Source: an uncultured Gammaproteobacteria bacterium
Lineage (GTDB): Bacteria > Patescibacteriota > Patescibacteriia > Magasanikbacterales > GWA2-37-8
DNA: 64,000 nucleotides
Direction of reading: 5' to 3'
Assembly (NCBI GenBank): GCA_964514995.1
Contig: CAZETA010000001.1
Coordinates: 15,148 to 79,147, forward strand
The stretch's first letter is position 1. Each line of letters begins with the position of its first letter. Positions 39,918 through 48,544 of this stretch are shown here, piece by piece. The translations under genes and the position numbers were made by a program. Below the pieces are notes generated by a model. The model saw only the letters and a list, made by a program, of their open reading frames with translations. It was not told where the DNA came from and did not search any database.

Positions 39918-39964
39918 AATTCTAATGCCATATCTATCCTGGCTATTTTAGAATTGTATGGCTG

Positions 39965-40036
39965 TAGCCCCAACGGGAATCGAACCCGTGTTACCACATT
40001 GAAAGCGTGGTGTCCTAGCCACTAGACGATGAGGCC
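39965..40036 (-). tRNA. tRNA-Glu (TTC)
   Basis: GGCCTCA/TGGGGCT acceptor stem, CCACG-CTTTCAA-TGTGG anticodon arm, GTTCGATTC T-loop. Confidence 0.95.
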
Positions 40037-40051
40037 AAATAGAGTAGCCAT

Positions 40052-40116
40052 ATTATACCTAATTTTAAATTAAAGTCAATAATTGTATTGACTTTAAGGG
40101 CTAATTTTAGTAGTAT
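40052..40116. promoter_or_regulatory. Back-to-back sigma70 promoters for the two divergent tRNAs
   Basis: Minus: TTGACT-16-TATAAT (40079-40052). Plus: TTGACT-17-TAGTAT (40088-40116). Confidence 0.65.
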
Positions 40117-40133
40117 TATCTTGCTTATTACAT

Positions 40134-40207
40134 GTCAGGGTAGCTCAGTTGGTTAGAGCACGGGATTCATAACCCCGAGGTCGAGAGTTCGAATCTCTCC
40201 CCTGACA
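40134..40207 (+). tRNA. tRNA-Met (CAT), probably elongator
   Basis: GTCAGGG/CCCTGAC acceptor stem (paired 1-72, C3-G70), TTCATAA anticodon loop, GAGAG-TTCGAAT-CTCTC T-arm. Confidence 0.9.
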
Positions 40208-40246
40208 CAGTTGTCAAAAACCGCCATTTATTTTAATAATTTCTAT

Positions 40247-40281
40247 AAAAAACCAACTAAATCTACAATGGTTGGTTTTTT
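40247..40281 (+). terminator. Terminator-like hairpin after tRNA-Met
   Basis: AAAAAACCAACTA...TGGTTGGTTTTTT. Confidence 0.6.
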
Positions 40282-40425
40282 ATATATTCTTTAGGTTGCT
40301 AGATAGTTAACTTCGTTAAAACGGAGTTTACGAATAAGTGAATAAATGCACTTTGATACTACTATCAAGCAGGGGATTTGCCAAGAGGTTTGACTAGTTG
40401 AAATATGGTTAAATATGCAACTCTA

Positions 40426-40454
40426 TTGACAAATTAGTGTTTTTATGATATAGT
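40426..40454 (+). promoter_or_regulatory. Sigma70-type promoter with extended -10
   Basis: TTGACA-17 bp-TATAGT with TG at the extended position. Confidence 0.65.
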
Positions 40455-40648
40455 AATTCGATTACTTTAACTTAAAGTAAGGAAAAAATAGACGTGCTAA
40501 GAAGTAACAATTGCCCTTCCCACATAGAGAGTAGTGTTCTAAGCTAATAATACTCTTTAGCTGGGAGGAGCGATAAACCACCGTCTGTTTGTTGGCCTGC
40601 TGGGCTGGCAAAGATGATGGAGAAGCAACTCAAAGGAGGATTGATTCC

Positions 40649-40879
40649 ATGAGCACGCCCAGTAAGCCCCCGGTGGTCGCGGCGATGCCGGTCACCGACG
40701 AGATGTCCCACGGACCCGACCGCGGTCGGGATGCCGAGTTCCCGACCGACAAGCTGCCGCCCTTCGACTGGTCGAAGGTGGAGTACGACCGCTGGATCGA
40801 GCGGCGCGGCCCGCGTTGCTCGACGTGCGGCGGGACGCTGGGGCATGACCGCCCCTTCAGCAGCAACTGCAGCTGCTGA
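40649..40879 (+). CDS. GC-rich orphan protein (76 aa) with C-terminal CxxC...CxC
   Basis: Strong SD AAAGGAGG before ATG; G/C-dominated third codon positions. Confidence 0.65.
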   Translation: MSTPSKPPVVAAMPVTDEMSHGPDRGRDAEFPTDKLPPFDWSKVEYDRWIERRGPRCSTCGGTLGHDRPFSSNCSC

Positions 40880-41060
40880 CCATGTTTCGGGCCAGTTGGC
40901 TGCAAAGCTGACTGGACTGGAACTAAAGCGTAGGCAGATCGACGACGACTCGGCCGCACCGTGCGACCGCGGCGGCTCACAGACACTTCATCCGAGCCGT
41001 TCGCACAACCTAATAATATTATTGTTACGTTGTGTGAGCTCGGATGAAGATATTACATTT

Positions 41061-41094
41061 AAAAACAGTCTTTCTTTTTGGGAAGGCTGTTTTT
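41061..41094 (+). terminator. Intrinsic terminator
   Basis: AAAAACAGTCTTTC...GGAAGGCTGTTTTT. Confidence 0.7.
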
Positions 41095-41205
41095 AGTTAA
41101 TGTGTAGGCTGACGTATAAAAAACAAACCCCACCAGCAATGGGGTATGTCATATTTAACAACAAACAGCTCTTATACTGACGTTTTAGCAGTTATACGGA
41201 TTGAA

Positions 41206-41385
41206 CTATAGGGGATTGCCAAAGTTATCCCATGGTCCAAACTCTTCTTTCCACAGTCTTCTGAGATAGGCAATTAAAATCACAGTGCCAATCACACCCA
41301 GACCAATATGGATAGAGTAGAGGGCAATAACCACAATAATGATTAATACCCATTTTATAATCCACTCCGGATAATTAGTGATCAT
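41206..41385 (-). CDS. Small two-TM hypothetical protein
   Basis: 59-aa hydrophobic ORF; terminator-like hairpin downstream (41118-41145). Confidence 0.55.
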   Translation of the reverse strand: MITNYPEWIIKWVLIIIVVIALYSIHIGLGVIGTVILIAYLRRLWKEEFGPWDNFGNPL

Positions 41386-41445
41386 AGTATATATAGAAGC
41401 AATAAATCGACCTTTGCTTATATTTATAAGACAAATAGTCAAAAA

Positions 41446-41835
41446 TCAGAAATGGAGCAACCTATTAAAGTCTTTGCCTCCCTTATACTGGTACTTGTGT
41501 AGTAGGGTGTCTTTTATTGCCTGAGTACAAGATAACTTTCCGTAGGCATCAACCCATGTGCTGATCGTTTTAGAATCAATGACATACATATTTTTATCAG
41601 GCGGTATCAGAATAAAATAATAGTTTTCTCGTGGCTCAAACTTTCCGACATTAAAGATCCATCTCGGTAGCCTGCCTTTTATCTGAATATCTATATGCCT
41701 GCCATCTTGTTGTCGGATAATACAATCAATGCCTTTGTCATCTACTATCGGAACATAGACATCAAAATTATGGCTCAATAGCTCTGATACAACTCTATAC
41801 TCACACGATTTTCCAAATGATAATGATTCTGGCAT
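41446..41835 (-). CDS. Small PD-(D/E)XK-family endonuclease (129 aa)
   Basis: G..CE..V..ELL...FDVY.P..DD.GID......IDIQIK restriction-like motif. Confidence 0.75.
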   Translation of the reverse strand: MPESLSFGKSCEYRVVSELLSHNFDVYVPIVDDKGIDCIIRQQDGRHIDIQIKGRLPRWIFNVGKFEPRENYYFILIPPDKNMYVIDSKTISTWVDAYGKLSCTQAIKDTLLHKYQYKGGKDFNRLLHF

Positions 41836-41839
41836 ACAA

Positions 41840-42017
41840 ACAAAAACGGCCCCTTTATCCGGGCGGCAACCTTTCGGTCGCCCTACCACCTTTCGGAGGT
41901 AGACTACGTCAGCAGAACCCGGTCAAAAAGACCGTTTTACTGACGTAGATTTGATGACCATGCCTTAGGTTGCCCTAAAGTTTAGGTCGCTAATTGTACC
42001 GACTTATAAAAGTCGAT
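41840..42017 (-). ncRNA. Candidate structured leader / ncRNA upstream of the nuclease
   Basis: Own promoter (TTGGCT-17-TAAAAT, 42049-42021); consecutive hairpins, three with GNRA tetraloops. Confidence 0.5.
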
Positions 42018-42208
42018 TTCATTTTAACATACAGGAAAAATAAAGCCAATGTAGCGATATGCACAAGCTACAATCGACTCTAAACCGACGAAATCGATGC
42101 CGTATATCGTCGATTAGTGTAAACATAGAGAAATTTACTTGCTGAGATTAATAGTTTGAGTTATGGTAAGCTTAATTCAGCTTTTCTATAATTAAATTAG
42201 TGCGATTT

Positions 42209-43114
42209 ATGAAAAAGATTAGAGTTTGTTATAGAAGTAATAATAAGATCACTCCTTTATTTATAATAGGCTACTACTCAGATGGCGGATTTTTTATTAA
42301 GGATTTAATAAAAAGTTACGGTGAGAATTATCTAGTATCGAAAACCTCTATTCCGAGAAATTTAAAACCTGCTGAATTTACTAATTCCAAAATTAATAAA
42401 AAAAATACTTGGCACACAAGTTTTATTAAGCCAAAGTTTTCACATCATGGTAATGGGTTTGCTCAGATATCTGAAACCGGTCTCAGGAGTGGTGTTTTTA
42501 AGACGGTAGGATTTTTTAAAGGGGTTGCTATTAAGAGTATAAATTTATTTTTACGCAATAACGATGGCGGCCCTCTTTACGCATTTAATATTTGGGGTCT
42601 TGATAATATGGAGTTTAACCAAGATGTAAAAGGGGACGATATCATCTTAGATGACGCGGACTTTTTTGATTTTAGGCCTCCTTATACAAATACTCCAGGT
42701 TGTTTTATATTCGAATTTTTCTATCTTCCTAATCAAGCAAAAGGTCACATAAATAAAGATGGTAGAATATGGCTTCGTTGGGACGGGTATGGTGACTATA
42801 TTGCCAGGTATATACCTGAAGAGGAGTATAGTCCAGGGTTTCTAGCAATCTCATGTAAAAAAGATGTGCTCGGGAGTGGGTTTAATCAATGGCCGTTTGG
42901 TCTATCTATGAGCGGTTGTCCGGGGTTTCCTCGTCTATTAGATTTTTTTCGTTCTTATAAGCAAATAAATGTTATCTACCCTGTACGATCTTTTGGTAGT
43001 GAAGTACCTTTTAATGCGAGAGAATTATTATTTACAAAGTTTTGGCACACAGTTTCTATTCTAGATGATCGAGTTTCAAAAATAATTAATGCATTGGTTG
43101 CAAAAATTAAATAG
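42209..43114 (+). CDS. Hypothetical protein (AT-rich)
   Basis: About 300-aa ORF, low GC, no recognised motif. Confidence 0.65.
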   Translation: MKKIRVCYRSNNKITPLFIIGYYSDGGFFIKDLIKSYGENYLVSKTSIPRNLKPAEFTNSKINKKNTWHTSFIKPKFSHHGNGFAQISETGLRSGVFKTVGFFKGVAIKSINLFLRNNDGGPLYAFNIWGLDNMEFNQDVKGDDIILDDADFFDFRPPYTNTPGCFIFEFFYLPNQAKGHINKDGRIWLRWDGYGDYIARYIPEEEYSPGFLAISCKKDVLGSGFNQWPFGLSMSGCPGFPRLLDFFRSYKQINVIYPVRSFGSEVPFNARELLFTKFWHTVSILDDRVSKIINALVAKIK

Positions 43115-43123
43115 TTTTATAAT

Positions 43124-44071
43124 ATGCAATTGTCTATTCGGTATATAGATACGAACATTAAAAGGTATGATGGCTTTCATAAAGGCACCTCTTCTTTATG
43201 GGGTGTAAGATTAGCGAAAGGTTACGGGGTATTACCTATAAAGCACGAGCATGATCTAAATCCACAAAATAAAAATTTTGATTATTCTGATAAACAGATT
43301 GCACTAGCAAAAAATATCAGAATAGGTTTATATCAAAGAATACTACAGCCAGATGATATAAAGAAAGCGTTGTATTATAGTCCAGTTACTCTAGAATTTG
43401 AAATATTTAGTTCTATATATACCGACCACGACGGTGTAATTTCTATGCCAGATCTTGAGGAGGATAAAAAAGAAGAATTAGCACACGCTGTTATGGTATA
43501 TGGACACGATAAGAATGGCTATAAGATATTCAATCATTGGGCTAATTGGGGCAATAATGGTAAGGGGTATGTTTCCTTAGATTATTTAAAAAAGTACTTT
43601 ATTACGGCATTTGCATCTGATCTTGTGATAAAGATGCATGACACTCGTTTATGTTTAGAAAAGAAAAAGGTCAGGATAAAAAACCTAGACTATTACTTTT
43701 CATTTTATGAGACCCCTTCTTTTTTGGGTGACCATAAACCTATTTTTAATATTGAGATTTCTGATAGTAAAAATGAATTAGCGGGTTGGATACATTTTAT
43801 ATTTAACAATGACAGTGTAGAAATTTTAGACATTTTTGTTCTAGCTGAGTTTAGACATAATGGGCTTGGTTCTTTTTTGCTAAATAAGATGATTGAATAT
43901 ACAAAGCCTAAAAATGTTACTGGTTTCATTTCCGGCTATGATCTAGTAAATGATAGAGATGAGATTGTAAAGGATTTCCTAATAAAGAATGGTTTTACAA
44001 TAGCCCGTGATACTAGTGGATTTAGGGATTGTAAATATAAAATTTTAAAAATAGATAATTGTAAATGGTAG
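43124..44071 (+). CDS. Papain-like (C1) C-terminal half fused to a GNAT acetyltransferase domain
   Basis: HAVMVYG...IFNHW.NWG.NG.GYV resembles the C1 His/Asn motifs; IFV.AEFRHNGLGS.LL is the GNAT acetyl-CoA motif. Confidence 0.65.
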   Translation: MQLSIRYIDTNIKRYDGFHKGTSSLWGVRLAKGYGVLPIKHEHDLNPQNKNFDYSDKQIALAKNIRIGLYQRILQPDDIKKALYYSPVTLEFEIFSSIYTDHDGVISMPDLEEDKKEELAHAVMVYGHDKNGYKIFNHWANWGNNGKGYVSLDYLKKYFITAFASDLVIKMHDTRLCLEKKKVRIKNLDYYFSFYETPSFLGDHKPIFNIEISDSKNELAGWIHFIFNNDSVEILDIFVLAEFRHNGLGSFLLNKMIEYTKPKNVTGFISGYDLVNDRDEIVKDFLIKNGFTIARDTSGFRDCKYKILKIDNCKW

Positions 44072-44166
44072 GTCAAAGTTTACCACTCGTAATCAGTGGT
44101 TCATAAATTACCTTGCAAAACCTGCATCTATCTGTCATCATATGTATGTAATGATGATATAAATAT

Positions 44167-44631
44167 ATGCTCGATCGATCAAGAGTTACACATACGGTAG
44201 GGGAAACCATTGTGGAGCCAAAAATACCCAAAGAGATTACAAAACATATAGACTTCAGCTTAAATGTTGACGCGCCTCATTTTGAACCTGGTGATATAGC
44301 CAGACAGATTGAAGAACTTGCCGTAGCAGATGGCCTTTCTCGTACTGATTTTGAATATATACAGAATGAATTTGATGAGGGAAATAATCTAATTTCTTTG
44401 TCTGCAGTAGTTAAATCTAGTGCTGCTAAACGGCAGAACTGTGGAGAGATTGTATATAGGTATATGGTTGAAGGAGATCATGGTGAAGATTGGGGAGTTA
44501 TAAATCATACTTGTATTTTCAGGTTTTCATCAAAAGTAGAGACGCCTGATGAAATGACAGATATAGAGATTATCTTGGTGTACGATTCGAAAAGAAAGGT
44601 ATGGGTAAAAAAAGGCCAAAGCTTGCAGTAA
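44167..44631 (+). CDS. Hypothetical protein
   Basis: 154-aa acidic ORF. Confidence 0.6.
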   Translation: MLDRSRVTHTVGETIVEPKIPKEITKHIDFSLNVDAPHFEPGDIARQIEELAVADGLSRTDFEYIQNEFDEGNNLISLSAVVKSSAAKRQNCGEIVYRYMVEGDHGEDWGVINHTCIFRFSSKVETPDEMTDIEIILVYDSKRKVWVKKGQSLQ

Positions 44632-44805
44632 AAAAGTTTGCCACCTGTCTCGATTAAGCCTACAATATAATTAAAAGTACTCAAAAACTATCAAATTGTA
44701 CTTCTTAACTAAAAAAGCCCTTCTTCATCAGAAGGAGTTTGGTGTGTATTTTACTTGCGTTAGTAATTTCGATATAATTTAAAAGTGAGTATCTATTACC
44801 ATACT

Positions 44806-45816
44806 ATGTCAACAATCAAAAAATCACACATTGCTTTTTACGGACTGTGGCCCGGACTGCATGAAAACGCACGAACATTATTGCGAGACTATTCATGCTC
44901 TCTGCATAGTGAAAAGTTAGGCGCGTCTAATATTGATCCTGATGCGGAAGTTATTGCGGTATTTATTGAATCACCGGTAACCAAAGAAATGATGGCTAGA
45001 TTCCCGCAATTAAAGTTAATCGTAGCTATGAGTGTTGGCTATGATCATATTGATCTTAAAGCTGCCAAACAGCGCAAAATTGCGGTAGTCAATGTGCCCA
45101 CGTATGGAGAAAATACCGTGGCCGAACATACGTTTGCCCTAATTCTCGGTTTGACCCGCAAGCTGTTTGATTCTGTAAAGCGGGTAAAAGAGGGTATTTA
45201 TGATTTTCACGGACTGCGAGGCGTCGATATAAAAGATAAAACTCTGGGCGTAGTGGGCACCGGTCATATCGGCTCTCATGTTATACGAATCGCTACAGGG
45301 TTCGAGATGAACGTGCTGGCCTATGATGTAAAGCCAGATCAAGAATTAGCAAAAAAATTAAATTTTACTTACACATCACTTAATCAACTGCTAAAAAAGT
45401 CAGATATTGTCACATTGCATACGCCGTTGTTTAAAAATACGTATCATTTGATAAATAAAAAGAACATTAAGTTTATGAAGCAGGGTAGTCTGCTCATTAA
45501 CACTGCTCGCGGTGGTTTGATAGAGCCTGAAGCATTATTGCAGGCGCTTAAGACAGGTCCTTTAGCCGGAGCAGGACTTGATGTGTTGGAGGACGAAGGG
45601 CTTTTGCAGAATTTTGAAGAAGTCATGAGCTGCGCTGATAATAATTGCAAACTAAAAACATCGTTAATTAATAACCTTATTATTGATCATCCTAATACCA
45701 TTATTACTCCGCACAACGCCTTTAATAGTGTGGAAGCCCTACAGCGCATTGTTGATGTGACGGTCGAAAACATTAAGAGTTTTTTTTCTGGTGTAATTAG
45801 TAATCAAGTGAAGTAA
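44806..45816 (+). CDS. D-isomer-specific 2-hydroxyacid dehydrogenase (D-lactate dehydrogenase-like)
   Basis: SVGYDHID, VAEH, GVVGTGHIG, LHTP, INTARG, LDVLE.E, TPHNAF. Confidence 0.9.
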   Translation: MSTIKKSHIAFYGLWPGLHENARTLLRDYSCSLHSEKLGASNIDPDAEVIAVFIESPVTKEMMARFPQLKLIVAMSVGYDHIDLKAAKQRKIAVVNVPTYGENTVAEHTFALILGLTRKLFDSVKRVKEGIYDFHGLRGVDIKDKTLGVVGTGHIGSHVIRIATGFEMNVLAYDVKPDQELAKKLNFTYTSLNQLLKKSDIVTLHTPLFKNTYHLINKKNIKFMKQGSLLINTARGGLIEPEALLQALKTGPLAGAGLDVLEDEGLLQNFEEVMSCADNNCKLKTSLINNLIIDHPNTIITPHNAFNSVEALQRIVDVTVENIKSFFSGVISNQVK

Positions 45817-45894
45817 GCGGAACTTTGTATTAGCCTTGATTATACCAACAAAATCAGTCTTTCTTAAACAGAAAGTTTTTGTTATACTTTCTGC

Positions 45895-46641
45895 ATGAAA
45901 TACATACTTATTATATCAGTCGTCATTGTAGGAGTCGGTATATATTTGAACCGAAGTTATGCCCATATCTATGGTGTTATTGGTGAGAAACATCTGCCTG
46001 GCTACAGTGTGCGTCAGCGCATAATTCTGCCGACTGCATTAACAAATCCCAGTAAAAAAATAGTGTATGTTGTTTTGGGAGACAGTCTGACAGCGGGTGT
46101 CGGCGCCAGCGCTGAAGATAAAACCTATCCATATCAACTCGCCGCATTATTGGCTGAAGAGCAGAAGGCGCAAGTGACATTAGTGAATCTGGCTGTTCCT
46201 GGGGCGGCCGCTGGGGATGTGCTCCGAGACCAAGTGCCGCAGGTGGCGCAATTTCATCCGGATGTTGTTTTGGTGGCCGTTGGGATCAATGATATGCACA
46301 ATCGAGTTTCATCAGAAATTTTTTCACACACAATGTCTGAGATTGTTGACAGGCTTACTCGTACGACGCAACATTTAAATGTTATAAATATCCCGTTTAT
46401 CGGGAGTAGGGAAATATTTTTACCCCCATATAGGTTTTATTTTAATCTACAAACCAAACAGTATAACTCCTTATTGGACGAAGTCTTGGTTAATCGGCAG
46501 GCTAACGTGATTGATCTATATGGACTGACCCGCGGAGATGCAATGTTGGGCCAGGAGTATTATGCGGCTGACGGTTTTCATCCTTCGGATTACGGCTACG
46601 CGGTTTGGGCCGATTCTTTATATGATTATCTCGATTATTAA
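45895..46641 (+). CDS. SGNH/GDSL hydrolase, N-terminally anchored
   Basis: GDSL block I, G.ND block III, DGFHP block V. Confidence 0.9.
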   Translation: MKYILIISVVIVGVGIYLNRSYAHIYGVIGEKHLPGYSVRQRIILPTALTNPSKKIVYVVLGDSLTAGVGASAEDKTYPYQLAALLAEEQKAQVTLVNLAVPGAAAGDVLRDQVPQVAQFHPDVVLVAVGINDMHNRVSSEIFSHTMSEIVDRLTRTTQHLNVINIPFIGSREIFLPPYRFYFNLQTKQYNSLLDEVLVNRQANVIDLYGLTRGDAMLGQEYYAADGFHPSDYGYAVWADSLYDYLDY

Positions 46642-47767
46642 CGCCGTTAGTGAAACTCATTTTGTGGAGGTCTTGTTGGTAGCCGTCTTACTGTTGTCTA
46701 TTCGTCAAGCGAAGAAATTTTCTTTTTTTTCCTTAGAAACCACGACTGAGCTAAAAGGGTTGGCAATATTGATGGTCGTATTGTCCCATATTGGGTATTT
46801 TTTGGTCAGCGATCATCGGTTTTTAGTGCCGTTATCCAATTACGCGGGTGTGGGCGTAGATTTGTTTTTGATTTTATCCGGGTATGGATTGGTGGCGAGT
46901 GCTATACAAAAACCATTATCAATAGGGAATTTTTACCTCAAACGATTAGTGCGTGTGTATGTGCCCGTACTAATTACGGTTGTCTTTTTTCTGTTGTTAG
47001 ATTTTTTGTGGCTGGATAAAACATATCCAATCAAAACCATGATAGAAAATATGTTGGGATTTTTTCCTAATGCCGATATTTATGGCGATTTGAATTCTCC
47101 GCTTTGGTACATTACGCCCTTACTTTTTTATTATATATTATTTCCTATTCTCTTTTGGCGAAAATTTCCATTGTTGTCTGCTTTGGCTATGTTGGTGATC
47201 GGTTGGTGGGGCGTAGGATATGTTGGCGTATCCGCCACTTTTGCCGAGGTGATATTTAAGTTATATCGGTTTCATTTTGTGGCGTTTCCAGTTGGTATGG
47301 CTCTCGGAGTCTTTGTTAATCAACCGCCAAAAATTCTAACCGAACTGACAGAACGATTAGGGTATTTTTTCGAAGGAAAGTATCTGGCTACCATTTGTCG
47401 ATGGGCGGTGATGACAATGGCTGCCGGCCTGTTTATTTACATGTATTATCATCCTACGTATGGTCAGAGTTGGAAACGGGAAGTGCTGGCCAGTTTGATT
47501 ACTGTTGGCGCGATCATGGTACTATTTCTCCTAAAAAAAATTAATTTTAAGATACTATACTTGTTTGGTCTATTTTCTTTTGAAATTTATTTGTTGCATT
47601 GGCCGCTATTATACCGATATAATTTTTTATATGGTAATGTGCCAGCCGGCAGCGCAACAATTCTGTATCTGGTTGGATTCATGGGTCTTGCCGCTATATA
47701 TCAACAACTAATAAGACGAATATTTAATCCGATTCGCAGATCAGCATCTCCTGTAAACCCCTCTTAG
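46622..47767 (+). CDS. Acyltransferase-3 family membrane protein
   Basis: LKGLAILMVVLSH, GVDLFLILSGYGL, FYLKRLVRV, LWYI, SFEIYLLH. Confidence 0.88.
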   Translation: MIISIINAVSETHFVEVLLVAVLLLSIRQAKKFSFFSLETTTELKGLAILMVVLSHIGYFLVSDHRFLVPLSNYAGVGVDLFLILSGYGLVASAIQKPLSIGNFYLKRLVRVYVPVLITVVFFLLLDFLWLDKTYPIKTMIENMLGFFPNADIYGDLNSPLWYITPLLFYYILFPILFWRKFPLLSALAMLVIGWWGVGYVGVSATFAEVIFKLYRFHFVAFPVGMALGVFVNQPPKILTELTERLGYFFEGKYLATICRWAVMTMAAGLFIYMYYHPTYGQSWKREVLASLITVGAIMVLFLLKKINFKILYLFGLFSFEIYLLHWPLLYRYNFLYGNVPAGSATILYLVGFMGLAAIYQQLIRRIFNPIRRSASPVNPS

Positions 47768-47775
47768 CTTTAATA

Positions 47776-48474
47776 ATGTGTTGTATGAAAACTACAGATT
47801 TAAGAGCGCAAAATTGGTTTGTTCGTCTCGCTAAAATACTCAACCCATCCATGGCGCTTATCCTGACAAATACAGTTCCATTGGTCGGCATTTTATTGCT
47901 CGGTTGGAGTGTCCTTGAGACAGTGGTGTTGTATTGGTTAGAGAGCGGTATTATTGGGCTGTCTACCCTGGTCTTATTATTTTTAATGCCGATCACTCCG
48001 GCGGATCGGGCCGGTACGCCATTTAATGCAAAGTTATTTTTAATCCCTTTTTTTATTGGCCACTTCAGCCTTTTTATGGTAGCGCACTTATTTTTGATTA
48101 TATTTTTTTTGGGGGATCCTGATCAAGCTAATATATTGTGGCAAGCGGGCGAGATGTTTTGGAATATACCTTCCTTGCGCTGGTCGCTACTCTCACTTTT
48201 TGTCGGTCATGTGTACGCGTTTGTGGTTGACTACCTGTTGACTGGCAAGTACCAAGAACCATTGCGTAAGGAAAATGTTTTTGATGTTGTTCTTCTAAGG
48301 CCGTATAAAAGAATTTTTATTATGCAATTTACGGTATTATTGAGTGCGGGCGCAATTCTTATTTTACGGTTGCCTCAACCGATGGTTCTAGCCATGGTGA
48401 CAGTCAAAATATATTTTGACTGGTTATCATATAAGAAAGAGAAAACGTCCGATATTGCAACTAGTATTTTTTAG
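47776..48474 (+). CDS. Conserved membrane protein (DUF6498-like)
   Basis: N.VPL.G....GW......LYW.ES..IG; FF..HF..F...H; PY.RI..M. Confidence 0.7.
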   Translation: MCCMKTTDLRAQNWFVRLAKILNPSMALILTNTVPLVGILLLGWSVLETVVLYWLESGIIGLSTLVLLFLMPITPADRAGTPFNAKLFLIPFFIGHFSLFMVAHLFLIIFFLGDPDQANILWQAGEMFWNIPSLRWSLLSLFVGHVYAFVVDYLLTGKYQEPLRKENVFDVVLLRPYKRIFIMQFTVLLSAGAILILRLPQPMVLAMVTVKIYFDWLSYKKEKTSDIATSIF

Positions 48475-48544
48475 CAAATCAAGCTTTCGTCTAATTTATT
48501 TTTTCTTCTAAATCGGCTATACTAATTATAGACTAAGCAATTGT

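Noticed and set aside
40071-40096. Palindrome TAAAGTCAATA-attg-TATTGACTTTA as an operator
   Set aside because: Explained by the two back-to-back -35 boxes of the divergent tRNA promoters.
40134-40207. Initiator tRNA, or an intron-containing tRNA linked to the nearby nuclease
   Set aside because: Positions 1-72 are paired and the tRNA is uninterrupted.
40986-41049. Integron attC interpretation of the long hairpins
   Set aside because: No terminal RYYYAAC/GTTRRRY boxes, no tandem cassette array and no integron integrase.
41880-41950. Hammerhead ribozyme or c-di-GMP-I riboswitch call for the structured RNA
   Set aside because: The core reads CUGACGU rather than CUGANGA, and the GGCAAAC/GCAAAG core and helix order of c-di-GMP-I are absent.
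43112-43114. Genome-wide stop-codon reassignment
   Set aside because: TAA, TAG and TGA all end genes at expected positions, and conserved genes have no internal stops.
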